The notes beneath the pieces were generated by a model. The model was not told the origin of the DNA. It saw only the letters and a program-made list of their open reading frames with translations, and did not search any database. From Vermamoeba vermiformis (taxonomy: Eukaryota): 64,000 nucleotides of DNA. The translations under genes were made by a program, and so were the position numbers. The DNA is taken from positions 62,001-126,000 of the forward strand of contig JBEWZL010000089.1 of NCBI GenBank assembly GCA_045837725.1. Direction: 5' to 3'. Shown in pieces: positions 1 to 12,587 of the stretch (position 1 is its first letter; every line of letters starts with the position of its first letter).

Positions 1-1316
1 TCAATTGAAATTCAAACACCACGGCCTCGGTCTCGGTCATCCAACCCGCCTGTTGACACGATCACGTGACACCAACACAGCTCCGAGCAGCGTGTCAGCA
101 CCGAGTGGCGTGGTGGCACGAGGCAATCACGTGACATGCGTGGTCGAGCACAATCAATCGCGCACGTGTCTCGCGAACAGACCTCTCGTGCTCAACGATG
201 CACAACAGGTGCCGTACTTTGAAGTCAAATTCACGCACGTTGAAGGACTCGTGGCCGTGGGTCTGTTGCCCACTGACAACCAATCACTGCACCCGCCCTC
301 ATCAGTGGGCCTCGCGAACAACGGCAACTGTTATGTGCACTCCAAGTACGCGCGGTGGCTGGCGTCCTATCAAGCCAATGACGTGATTGGCTGTGGACTC
401 GCGACCAATTCGTTCAATCAGCTCTCGGCTTTCTTCACCAAGAACGGTCAATTTTTAGGTACGAGTAGCGTGCTGTAGGTGTCTTTCAGTGCCTAACCAT
501 GCCTTAGACTTTGCTCCCGGTACTATCTATAGACCACGTGATGTTGTGCCAGGCGTCAGATTGGCGGGACAGTGTTCCGCAACGATGAATTTTGATCGCG
601 AAGACTTTGTTTGGGACATCAATCAGTGGCCTGTCTTCGATCAAGTCAACTACTTCTCAGCCCTGCCCATTGAATTACAATCGCGCATATTGATGGTACG
701 CCTATTAATTCTTTTAGATGACTATTGTAGTATATCTAATGCCTCGTTTAGTTCTCCGCCGAAACTAAAAGCTTTGCGTGTTTGAGTTTAGCTCTCGTGT
801 GCAAAGAATTCAGTGAACTGGCGCACATGAATGTTGTATGGAAAAGACTGTACTTGAGAACATTTCCCTTTCAGAACAAGAAACTGCGCGTCAGGAATTG
901 GTACAAATTCTTCAAACGACGATTTGTGCACGAGCGGTACTGGGGCAAGACGACATTCGAGTCGTTGTCAATAGGTAAGCGAATATGATTATTTAATACA
1001 TCTCAAGTACTTATGAGTGCCTAAAAGAGAACTGTAATAAGTGCGATGACAAGTGCCCCATCACGTGGCGCGAGTTGCAGCTGACAACACAAAGCGACAT
1101 TCGAGTGTGCAACGCGTGCAAGAATCGTCGACTCGTGTACTTGGTGCAAGACCCCAATGCGTTGAAAGAACACTACGACAAGGGCCATCTCGCTGTATAT
1201 AATGTAAGTCCTAGGGAGATGACACTTCGACACTTTTGATGACACGTGTCACTTAGAATACCCAGCCCAAGCTCGAAGAAGTGTACAACTGCAACGTGCC
1301 CAACAAGCTGCACTAG
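1..1316 (+). CDS. SPRY-domain + F-box protein with C-terminal Cys-rich domain (5' end outside the window; spliced)
   Basis: SPRY-like motifs YFEVKF..VAVGL and DVIGCG..AFFTKNGQFLG. F-box follows (FSALPIELQSRILM..LALVCKEFSELAHMNVVWKRLY). Spliced C-terminus reads IENCNKCDDKCPITWREL..VCNACK. TAG at 1314-1316 after a GT-AG intron at 1204-1256. Confidence 0.8.
1240..1251. repeat. 12-bp palindrome TGACACGTGTCA, intronic copy 1
   Basis: Exact sequence; further copies at 5397, 21539 and 26553. Confidence 0.9.
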
Positions 1317-1412
1317 ACACAGCCTCAATAGCCTCGGTACTCGCAGCAGATAGAGTGAATTCGATGCTATTTACATAATGTACAGTGTGATATAATTACA
1401 AATGAACGTGTT

Positions 1413-2664
1413 TTAGCTCCTCAAGTTCGTCACAGCCAAGTACGACAGCGTGTGTTTGTTGTTAGTTGAAGAAGGCTCGCCGTTCAGCACCAGTGACGCG
1501 TCACGCATTTCTTGCTGCAACTTCTCCAAGCGATGCAAACGACGGTTCAGTGGCACGTGGAACAGATGTGACGACAAGCGGCTGTACAACAGACCCATTC
1601 TGAAGGACCAGTTTCTGAAGAGGGACATTAGGACATGTTTGTATATGATGTAAATAACTCTAGTTACGTACTCTGTTTGCCATAACCAGCTCTCATAATC
1701 ACGACGGGCTTTGTGGATCTCGATCATAGAATCCACGGTCGGGAGGCCCATTCGACGTCCAGCGATATTGTCGGCGGACATTTCGACTTTAGAGTGAAAG
1801 GCACCAGTGACAGCACTGTAGCCGAGCAATACTGGCAACGTCCATTGAGGTTGCTAAAAGTACGGTACGGATCAGATCTAGGTCCTTTTGCTGATTAAGA
1901 ATTCGCTACTGACCTTATGCAACAATACTGCAGCTACGCCCATAGTGGCTAATAAAAATGAATTGCAGAAGGAATGATTGGCCAAATAATGACCGATCTC
2001 GTGGCTGATAACGGAGGCTCTTTGGCTCTTGAAGGGATAAAGCTGTCCACCAGCGAGTACTTCGGTTCTCAAAGGAATAGGCGAATCACTGCAAGTTCAG
2101 AATATCGATTAGTGATCAGAGATCTGAATTTTAAATTCATCGCGCGAGCATGACTTACGGATAATAGAAAGGCAGCAGTCTCTCGTCATATTTATCGTCG
2201 TCTGGCTTGCCCAAGAAGTGCACGAGTCCTTTCTTCAAAATAATTGCAGCACCATTCACGCTACAGAAAATCGAGGATTAAATTTCAGTAAAGACGAGGG
2301 GTTACGGATTTGTCAGAAAACGCGATATCTTTTGGCTCGCAGTGCGAGCTACGTATTAAATTATTTATGATCTCGCTTTAGTAATTGCATTTTACTGCTG
2401 TAACGCCCAGGCAAGCTAAATTTACCTGTACTTCGATCCGACGCACGTATTCTCTTCGCCTTCAAATATTTTAATTTTCTTAATCTCTTCTTCTTTAACA
2501 TTCATACGTCGCATAATTTTATGCACCTCGTTGACCTTTTCTTGCTCGGTCACTTCTTTGAGGTCGCGGCATCTCCATTGTGGAAACAAACTCGTTGACA
2601 CGAGCTCGTAGGTACCGACACTACCAATGCCCAATAATACGGCAGCTCTTGCGACTTTAAACAT
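1413..2664 (-). CDS. M48-like zinc metallopeptidase, membrane-associated, possibly mitochondrial (spliced)
   Basis: HEIGH (HExxH) motif, then hydrophobic segments, then EMSAD (third ligand E-x-x-A-D) and HVPLNRRL. N-terminus MFKVARAAVLLG is basic and hydrophobic. Confidence 0.7.
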
Positions 2665-3155
2665 GTTGTCAGAAGAAATAATAACCAAAACAAGCTCAAT
2701 TTTCACAAATAAAAGGTGTTACTGGTTCATGAACGGCATGCTTCGTTTTCAAAATATCTAAATTGCGTTATTTGAAGCAGTTTAAATCACGAATACCATA
2801 GAATACAACATGTTACAATCAGGGTTAATGATGCGGGTGCACCGCTACTTGTTCAAATCGCTTCTTGAGCTCCGGATGGTAAATAACTTTGGCAATAATT
2901 ATTAAACAACCTGAGAGTAATCACTCTTAATATTCTTGCCCATATATTAATTAACTACAAATATTCTCGATTTATTTACATAATTACAAAATTGTTTGTA
3001 TCAGTCCGTGGTCTGAATCCGGTACTCCCTTAACTCACTAAATCTAATTGCAGTTTGTTTTTTTTTTTTTTTTTGGGGGTGTTGTTTTTGGTCCCGTTTT
3101 AAAAAAAAACACGTTCTGTTTTTAGAGCTGAATGTACCGATAGTATTTGAGTGCT

Positions 3156-6100
3156 CTATTTCTTCGCATTGGTGCTGTTCGTACTCGAGTTGGATCCGCT
3201 CTTGATCGGTGACTCTTTCACGGGCGAGTTCTTAGCCTTGACAAACTCTTCGTACGGCATCAACGAGCCCCAAGCTCGGCCTACAGTCACGCGCACGGGC
3301 AATGGAATGCTGATCTTCATTGCATTCTCCATCTCGTACTTGATACGGTCCTAAGTCGAGAGGTCAGTTGAATGGTTCTTGTCACTGGTCAGTCAGGCTT
3401 AAATACCTTTACAAAGCCTAGCTCGTCTTCAGCAATTTCAAACAACAGCTCGTCGTGGATCTGAACTAACAACCGTGTCTTCATCTTCTCAGCACGGAAG
3501 AAGTGTTCAATGTTGATCATGGCTTGTTTGACTAAATCAGCTGCTGATCCCTGGCAGATTGTATTCACTGCTTGGCGTTCACACGAAGCGCGCTCAGTGC
3601 GATCAGTCGAATAGATGCCAGGTAGATATCTTCTTCGGCCCATAATCGTCTCCACATAGCCGTATTGTTTGCACGTGTCCACGCCGTAATTCAAGAACTT
3701 TTGAATGCTACACAGACGTTAGACAAGCACTTGCAAGGTCTATATTCGTTGCACTTACCCAGGGTACCGTGCTTTGAAGCTGGCGATGAATTTCTTCGCG
3801 TTTTCTTTTGAAATGTCCAAGTCTTTGGCGAGGGTGTTGGGACCCATGCCGTACAGAATGCCGTAACAAATATGCTTGGTGTGACTTCTTTCTTCGGGGC
3901 TGACCGTCGCTGGATCTTTGTTCAGCCACTCCGCTGTAATTTCAGTGAAAATGTCTCCCTTGCGACCAAACGTCGATGCCAACAGCTGATCGTTTGCAAA
4001 ATGTGTCATGAGCCGCAACTCTAACTGTCCATAATCGGCGGACAATAACACAAAACTGAAGAGTATTATTAGAGCCTGCAAGCTAGTAGGGATAATGTGC
4101 TACTCACCCCTGGGCTGGCACGAAGGAATTTCGAATACTAACAGTGACGACACGTGTCTTGACAGGGCTGTCTTTGCTAGCGGGCGACGCACTCGACGAA
4201 TCTCCCTTGGACAATGAATACACGTCCTCTTCTTCTGACTCGTCTTTGTCCGTGGCAGTGAACGAGAACTCGTGTGTGATTGACTGAAGGTTTGGATCTG
4301 TGAATGCTAAGCGGCCTGTAGGCACGTTGGTTTGTTGACAGAACGAATAAATTCGCTCCATGCCGATTCTTGACATTGTTAGGGCGTTAATAAAACAAAA
4401 TTGAGTGAACTTACTTCTGGTTGAAGAATGAGAATTTAGGCAAGTTGTCAATGTAATTGTTAATAGTGTGCGTTAGTTTTCGATGTTCCAAGACGATGGC
4501 TGGCAGTGGATGAATGTCCATGATACATTGCAAGATTTCTCCTCGCGTGCTGTGCACTACACGTCTGTTCCTGCTTTTGTTCGGATTGGGATGTTGGTCC
4601 TCGGGATAAGGTAACTTCAATTCGTTGAACAGCACTTGTGACACTTCTGCCGGGCTCGTCAACTGAAACTCTCGTTTGGCCAACTTGAAGGCCTTCCTCT
4701 CGAGCACAGCGATTTTATTCTAAATTTGTTAGAACTCATTGAACCGGCGCCTAGTAAAAACGTACCAATATCAAGTCTCGGTAGTGATTATAGACGCTGC
4801 TTTTGAATCCAATGCCGTAGAACTCCATCTTCGCCAAGATGTACACAATAGGCATCTCGAGCTTGGTAAAGATATTCATCTCGTTTTCGTTCAGTGCTAA
4901 ATGCTCGAGCAATTTCTTCATTAGCTCGAGTGATTGGTGTGCTCGTATGAATGCAGTGCTGAACGGATCCGACGGGTAGTTGAAGTTGTCGTAGTTGTAA
5001 CTTCCACAATCATACTCTTGATACAACTGCTCTAAGCTCTTGTCCTTGTTGTTGTCTGAATCCAAAATCCACGCTGCAATCCTCGGATCCATCAGTCCTT
5101 CAAACGCTGCAATGCTGTTAGATGTGCCTCATAATTCAAGTGTGACTTACGATCAACATCGTGGCTCATTAACATCTTTAATTGTGGCTTCATATTGAAC
5201 TGTACTTTGGTAGATTTTGGATTTGACATTACACGCCGCACAGCTGCCCATCGTTCTTCCATCTCGTCTTGTTTGTGCTTGTTTTTTGTCGTTAGACTAA
5301 TAAAATAAACAGCACTCGAGGACCAACAAATCGCCAGGCCAGCAATGTTCTGTTCGAAAGGCAAAAACGTGTACATGTCCTCTTCCAAGCTCTGTTTGAC
5401 ACGTGTCAGAATACTCACATTGAGTGTATTGTACTTACTTGATCTTTGGCTTCCTTCTGCACGTTGCATTGGTAACTGATGGACCAAGAAAACATCTCTT
5501 GTCGCTCCCACTTCTCGATAAAACTGTCGAAGGCCTCTTTGGTTGATGTGACGGTGAACGTGAAGAACGGCAACTTGACTTGCTCTTTGTACTTTGTGAT
5601 ATCGCCAGTTAATAGTGCTTTCTTTTTCTCGGCAAGACTCGGCTTCTTATCCAAAGGAGGACGATGACCTAACGGAAGGTCTTTCGGTTGTGGCGCTACT
5701 CCCATGCTGGCCTTTTGTTGATTGATTAACTCCTGTCGTTGCTGCAATCGCTGCTTTGAGGGATTGATGCCATTAAAGGTCTCGGGGAGTTGTCGCGGCT
5801 GAGGTTTTTTGAATACTGGTGCACCTTCGATATCTTTGGGTATCTTATTGAGGTTGATTGGCTGCAACACGCTTTCAATAGGCATCGGAGCGCTTTGAAC
5901 CGGTACTGGTTGCTTCGGTGGCACCGCTGACATCTTTGGTGGCATTGCCTTCGGAGGCGGTGGTTGAGGGGCTGCTTTTGGTTGTGGTGATAAGAATGAA
6001 TTCGTCTTTGGTTGTGGTGCTTGAAATGTGTTTGTCTTCGGTGGTGCTGGGACCGTAACTGGAGATGGAGCTACGACATTCGAGGGAGCACTTTGGATAG

Positions 6101-6833
6101 TCACACCACGTGCCTTCTGCAATGCCTCAAGTGCGCGGTTGATTTGTTTCGCGCTGTAAGCTGCCTTTCCTCTGACTATTCGCAGCATGTTGCGCACCTT
6201 ATTGACGAGTGCTTGTATCGTTTGGTCCTGACATACATTTGACCCTCGCAGATACTCGAAGGCGTGGTAACTCTCGGTAATTATCTCGATCGACGACATA
6301 TTTTGATCTTGATGTAACCTCTGCTCGGTGACCCACGCCAAGGCCTCTTGCATAGCGTGCAACGAAGCTTGCACTGGGCCTTCAGGCACCATCGATGTAG
6401 TCAGTCGCTCGCTGCCACTTTTATTGCTGTATTCGACAAACTGTTCGACCACCGTCAGAGATGAAAAAGATATCCATATACGTACCTGCTCGCTTGAGTT
6501 GACCTCATAAGCTATCCAGCTCCACTCAAGTTTGGTTTGTTGTCGTCCGTTGATTGTGGATTGATTAAATAATCCCGCTGTGTGAATTATCAAGCGCTGA
6601 GGCGAAGATGCCGATATTATTCCTACAGCTGCTTTATTTTAATTTATCATCGCGTCATTGACAAGTAAATTACCTTCTTCGATTTTCTGACGTTTTGGAG
6701 GCGGATTTGAGTTTGGATTAATTTCATTTATTTTTCTTTTATTGTCAGCATGATGAAAGCTGGAAATACTATTGGTATTATTTTGGACTGCACCGGTGAC
6801 AAATTTGTTGTTCGGATCTACCCTAGGGTACAT
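3156..6833 (-). CDS. Family A DNA polymerase with a Pol theta/Pol nu-like polymerase domain, no helicase, and an N-terminal RNase H-like domain plus Pro-rich linker (spliced)
   Basis: Motif A SADYGQLELR, motif B RSHTKHICYGILYGMG, motif C QIHDELLFE, plus TGRLAFTDPNLQ and QGSAADLVK. Exo-like region FDSFIEKW..IAGLAICW..DPRIAAWILD resembles POLQ. ATG at 6833, NLS-like PPPKRQK, TAG at 3156-3158. Confidence 0.9.
5397..5408. repeat. 12-bp palindrome TGACACGTGTCA, intronic copy 2
   Basis: Inside the 47-nt polymerase intron 5392-5438, overlapping the CTGAC branch site. Confidence 0.9.
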
Positions 6834-7015
6834 ATAAAATGACCCCCACTGTTATTGTTGCTCCTCTATTGTGTTCGGTTATTGCGGATAAATAATAATA
6901 AATCATCGCGATAATTTCCTGGAAAAAATGCGTGGTACGCGAGACACTCTGCTATTGAAAATATTGTTTAACTCGCTCTTTTTACAACTAATTACAATTG
7001 GTAACATTAAATAAA

Positions 7016-9165
7016 TTATGATTGCTCGTATTGGACTCCTTGTTGACGGGTCAATTGCTCCTTGGGCGAATACGTCTTCTTCTTCTTCTTGTCTTTCTTT
7101 AGGCCAGACGATGTGCCAAACAAAGAAGGTGCTTGCTTGTACTGAACCTTCTCTCGTGGCGAACTAGAAGTTGGGTACACCTCGGCATGTTGGGTTACAA
7201 TGTCACCGGTCAACGGCTCACGTTTGCCGGGAACTTGCGAGAGTTGCTCACGCACAGCACCAACAGGAGCTGATCCTGGCTGCGGCTCGTTGATAACGTG
7301 CACGTTGGGAGCACCAGGAGCAACGTTGACCTTGCTAGGTGCTACGACGACATTGACGTCCTTAGGAACAGATGTGAACACGACTTGAGGAGCAGGGACT
7401 GCTGCGTTGACAACGCTTGGGGCCATTTGCGCAGTAACTGAACGGCTTTCGGTAACATTTACGATCGGTTGTTGAGTAGCTACGTTAACCTTAGCAGCGG
7501 GTGCTGCAACTTGGACTTCACGGCTTTGCTCAATGTTGACGCGAGGAGCGGGGCGCTCTACGTTTACAAGAGGTGCAGGGGCGGGCACAGTGATCTCTTG
7601 TTGTTGAGAAGCGACGTTGACAAGAGGAGCAGGATTAGCCACGTTGACAGTTGGAGCAGGGGTAACAACGTTGATATCCTTGGTGGCTTGCATACGAATA
7701 TTTGGTGCGGCATTGGCAATGTTGATTCTGCTCGGAGGCAAATCGACATTGACAGCTTGACCCTTAGCGACATTGACTTGAGGAACGGTAGAAGCAATAT
7801 TGATTGCGCTAGGAGGCATGGTCACGTTGACGTCGTTGGTACCACCCATGGCGATTATTGGCTCAGCAGTGCCAATGGTCACAGCAACTGGAGCTGCAAC
7901 AACATCAATGTTCTTCGTGGGCTCGATGTTGATAACAGGAGCAGTGTTGGCAATGTTGACCTTCGAGGGCGTTTGAACAACATCGACGTTCTCGGTGGGG
8001 AACATGTTCACAATAGGTGCGCTAGAAGCAATGTTGACGAGGGGAGCAGGGTTGATAACCTCGGCGTCCTTAACTCTCTCGACGTGCACAATCGGTGCCT
8101 CGTTGAGAACATTAACAACGGAGGGTAGCGTGGCAACACTAACTGACTCTGAGGGTTGAATATGGAGAACAGGCTCGGCAGTGTCGATGCGAACAGCAGG
8201 AGCAGGTAAGTCAATATCCACGTTCTTAGCAGTGCCCATGTGCACAATAGTTTCGGGCAAGGCCACATTAACGAGAGGAGCGGGAACATCGACCATAACG
8301 TCTTTGCTGGTGTCCAGATTGACGAGAGGTGAAGTACCAGCTACATTTATACGAGGTGCCGGAGCGATAGCGCTAATAGTCTTGCCGCCCTCCAAGTTGA
8401 CGAGAGGTTCAGCTTGTTGAAGTCTGACAACAGGAGCAGGCATTTGGAAGGTCATCTAAGGTCAAAAACTATTAGTACGCGTGCTACTACCAAATTTGCA
8501 ATAAATGGTGCCGGAAAATTGTTGTGAAATTCAGTGAAAGTCCGCTTGGCACGTTTTTGAAAGCTTCTTTTCAATCACTTATCCAAATAAGGACCCTAAA
8601 TTGTTACACTGCATACCTGTTGAGTCGCGGCATCGAATCGAATGAGGGGAGTAGGCATTTCTACGCGCAAAATGGGGCCAGGCAGCTGCACGTACATGAC
8701 TGTTGTTTGAGCTGCTGAGGCGACTTCGTACGATGTCGTGGTAACTTCAGAACGCACTTGGGAGGTTTCAGAGATGACTGTACCTAGCCCCGCGGTACTT
8801 GACGTGGTAGTCGTAGCTCCTTGAAGAAGAGGGGACTTGGTCTGGGGCAGATTTGTGTTCGAAGGCAACATTGATGGACCTTGGTTCAGGCCTCGCAAAA
8901 CAATAGGGTGTCTCTTGAGCTCGTCGCTAAGGGTGTAAGTCTGGATATCACCGGCGAGGGAGCTAGTGGCCGAAGTCGCAGTGCTGCCTGCAGATGCTCT
9001 CGCGGGGTACGATCGGTACAGCTTGTTCTTGCCTCCTTTCAAAGGAATGAGATTTTCAACACGAGGAGGCAATGGTGGAGGCGGCGGGCTAGCAGTAGTA
9101 GTGGTGGTCAAACCAACCTTAGGGCTGGAAGAGCGCTCTACTAAAGGTTTATCTAAAGCGGCCAT
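7016..9165 (-). CDS. About 662-aa protein with about 16 tandem 26-aa Val/Pro/Asn-rich repeats; two exons, intron 8456-8616
   Basis: ORFs 8596-9165 and 7016-8455 join in frame via CAG|gtatgc..ttag|ATG. Example repeat unit NVDLPPSRINIANAAPNIRMQATKDI. Confidence 0.85.
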
Positions 9166-9586
9166 CTCAGATGTGAAGTGCGAGTTGTGTTGATAATTAA
9201 GATTGTTGATTAAAATGCGTAATCACAGGTATTTGTATTTTTGGGTGGGGCGATTGAAAGTCGCGCAAATGCTTGGAAACTGGCATACAATTTAAAAAAA
9301 TATTAAATCTGCTTGAAAATTAATATTGACTCCTGATATATGAAAATTACCATAACATTAGCCCAAAATGCATCATCTATCCCAAAGAAAGTAAAAATAT
9401 TGCTTTCATGGCTGCACTAGCTTGGCAAGTATGTTCGGAAATAAGTGTTAGCGTCATGTTCATCACTAGCGATCAGGCGGGCTAAATAGAAAAAACGGTT
9501 TCGTGTGATAAGTTTTTGGGTTTAATTTGTCGATAACAAGCTTAGTTGTTACAAATATCGCGTACATAATTCGATACAAACGTGTA

Positions 9587-10995
9587 TTATTTTCGAACAC
9601 GAGTAGTGGGGGCACGGAAACCAGTCTTGATGGACTGCACGGTGTGAGAAGATCCACAAGCCTTGCAGACTTTAAACAACAATCTATTCTCCTTCTTCAA
9701 CTCAGTCTCCGGGCTCCTGCATGTTCTGCAGATGACGTACTCGGCTGCAAGGCAAACGTTAGTACTGCGTTTTGATTTGATTTAATTCATTGCAGTGCGC
9801 TCGTGGCACGTGCGACATTGTATGGCTTACCGATATATTTTCTGAGCACATTTTCGAGCTGTTTGGACTGGAAACGACCCTTAATGATCAATTTGTTATC
9901 ACCACCAATAGAGCCAGTGGTACCCAACTCAGCCAAGACGAAGGCCAAGACGTGATCTGGTTTACGATTGACACTGCAACAAAAACACAATCAGCTATTG
10001 AATACTGCAATGGTATATCAAGAGGTCGCGCTAATGTACACTATATGCAATTATAATGCCTCAAAAGGGCTATTAATGTTACGTGTCACGTACCTCTTGC
10101 AGTTGTTCATGAAGTTGATCCAAGCAATTCTCTTGGTACCAATACGGCCGACCTTAGGAGGCTCGATGGGCTTTCTGTTGCTACCCATGCCGAGACCCTC
10201 GCCTTGACCCTTCTCTCCGGCAATAGTGTCGTAGAGTCTTGTTAAAAGCTGTAAAAGGTGTGAGAATGTTTTAGATCGCGTGGTAGTGCAATGTAAAATT
10301 ATTTGTGCAAGTTAACCGCTCGTTTACAGAACCGATGGAATTTGTATTAATAGTGGAGGGGTAGTAAGAAGCTTTCACGATTAAGTGATAATGGTAAATC
10401 TGATCTGATCAAGGTTGTAGGGTCTTACCTCTGAGTAAGTGTAATCGCGATCGCTGCCTAACCAAGCACCAGGGCCTTCTTCGACCATTTCCTCGTCTTT
10501 TTCATCGTCGTCGCCTTCACCCTCACCTTCGCCTTCAGCTACCGGTTCTTCCTCCTCTAGAAATTATGGCTAATTAATTGAAAGCCCGAAAAAAAATAGC
10601 ATAACAAATGTTTGAATATTTAGACGATAAGCAGTTGTAATAAAGGCTAAATAATTATTGAATCCATTTTAGAAAATATTTTAAAATAATATTTGGCGTA
10701 AATTACCTTGCTTTGGGCTTAGCCTTAGGCTTTCTTCTCTTCTTTTTCTTCGAGGGGTCAAACGCAATATCACCGTCCTCGTTTTGCTCCTTCTCGCCGT
10801 CTGAATCAACCTTCTCGACGACTTGTTCGCCAGAATTCTCCTATTAATCCAGTATTAATTACATGCATATTATTTTGTATACTGGCGAATATTTCTGATT
10901 ATTATAATATTATTTAAACTTGAATCTGCTGAATCTTCAGTATTTCGCAATAATTTCTTGTTGTACGTCAATTAACGAACCTCTTTGTCACTCAT
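9587..10995 (-). CDS. EIF2S2: Eukaryotic translation initiation factor 2 subunit beta (spliced)
   Basis: Lys-rich box KKKKRRKPK, then [45 protein letters not shown] and the zinc finger [17 protein letters not shown]. The first exon MSDKE is 15 nt. Confidence 0.96.
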
Positions 10996-11132
10996 TGTTG
11001 TATGTGTATGTAACGAAATAAATAATACAAAGGCAAGGCTGCCAAACGCATTTAGTGACCAGCCCTGGGAAAATTTTGTGGATTCGCTGTTCGAAGTTCA
11101 GATTATGTTTATTTACAAATGTTGTTGGTTGA

Positions 11133-12413
11133 TTAATGTTCGTGTCCATGGAACGACGATACAATGACCATGACCAGAATACCCACGCAGAGCAAGCCAA
11201 ACTTCTTGTATTTCTCGGTCTTGTCTTCGTGTCGGTGTCCGTGATGACTTTCAACATCAGTCTCGTGTCCGTGGTGGTGATGATTGTCTTCGAACTCTTC
11301 CAATATCACTTCAAACAGCGCCACATAGATGAAGGTACCTGTAAAGCAAGTAAAGCATTAAAAACACTGTACTGGACACGTGCTCAAAACAGCTGTTCAA
11401 AGTCTTACCAGCAGCAATGGCAGTGATGGCTTCGGAGAATATTGAGTGGAGAATGCCTCTGTAAAGGGGATGTGAGTATGCGCGATGGATTCATAAGACA
11501 GGTACTGTCGTAAATAAATCCAAAAGAGGGATGTACAGCAACTTAAAATTTAGTACAGAATGCTAACTTACTTGAACAAGCTGGTGAGCAATAAGCCCAA
11601 CAAGATACCCATCGGCGTCGTGATAGCAAACAGACCTACAGTTTGAATGGTTCTGCGTGTCGTCAAGTTGCCTTTCACCAAGCTGACACCAAGAGCAAAG
11701 CCAGCGAAGAACTTGTGAGCCAAAATCGCAATCAAGATAGTAGTGGCATCTGATATACGATCCTCAACACCTAAAGCCAAGCCTAGCGAGTAGTGATTAG
11801 TTAAGATGACGATCAATCAAGTTGATCTGTGTACTTAGTGCCTCATACCTTCGATCAAAGCGTGGACAGATAGAGTGACTACAAGCATGAGTGTTGATAA
11901 CATTTTTTTAGCTCCTCCTTCTCCACTCGTGCTCTCCGTCAAGATGGAGCTCATCTGGGAGTGATCGTGCTTATACCAAATCTTTTCGACAAATAGCGGA
12001 ATCAAGATACCAACCACGCAGAAAAAATATGGGTATGGAAAATTTCCTTTGTTTTCGATTGATTCGAAGCCTGCGAAAGATTGAAATAAATATTTGAAAT
12101 TTGACAACGTAAGATCATACAAAATTGAAAGGAAAGCAATAATTTGCAATTTCATCGATCAAAAATAATGCCAATATTTTATGGTAATTAAATTGTAATT
12201 ACCTTCCACGCTCTCTCCTAACATGTGAAGGAATCCGGCAGCCAGAAATACTCCGCCTGAAAAAGCATTGCCATATGACAATAACGTGGGTGATTGTTTT
12301 TTTAATGGCACTATTCCTCCACCAAAGGCTACTGCACCAATAATGGCCATAGCTTGGATCTTAAACCACAACAGATCCTTCTCCGTCGTAGTAACGACTG
12401 TTTCTTCTTCCAT
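11133..12413 (-). CDS. ZIP (SLC39/ZRT-IRT) zinc/iron transporter (spliced)
   Basis: GNAFSGGVFLAAGFLHML, TM4 SVHALIEGLALG, TM5 ILAHKFFAGFALG, TFIYVALFEVILEEF, and His-rich loops. Confidence 0.93.
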
Positions 12414-12587
12414 TATATATATGTGGTCGTATTATAAGTTTTCAATTAATTTCTGTTCACAGAACCGTTTTGTCTTGTTCGCTATTCAAATTGAGCAACT
12501 TTCCTTCGGACAAACCACAAATTTTGAACGACAAGTAGAACACACCCGAAGAATTATATAAATAGTATTTTTAAAAACTCTTCGTGG

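Noticed and set aside
3057-3110. Long poly-T, G5 and poly-A runs
   Set aside because: Low-complexity intergenic or 3' sequence, possibly low-quality bases; no target-site duplication or element structure.
7469-8420. Long antisense ORFs over the repeat gene, and similar ones over DOCK, GCN2 and MORC
   Set aside because: These are shadows of biased codon usage on the coding strand and carry no recognisable motifs.
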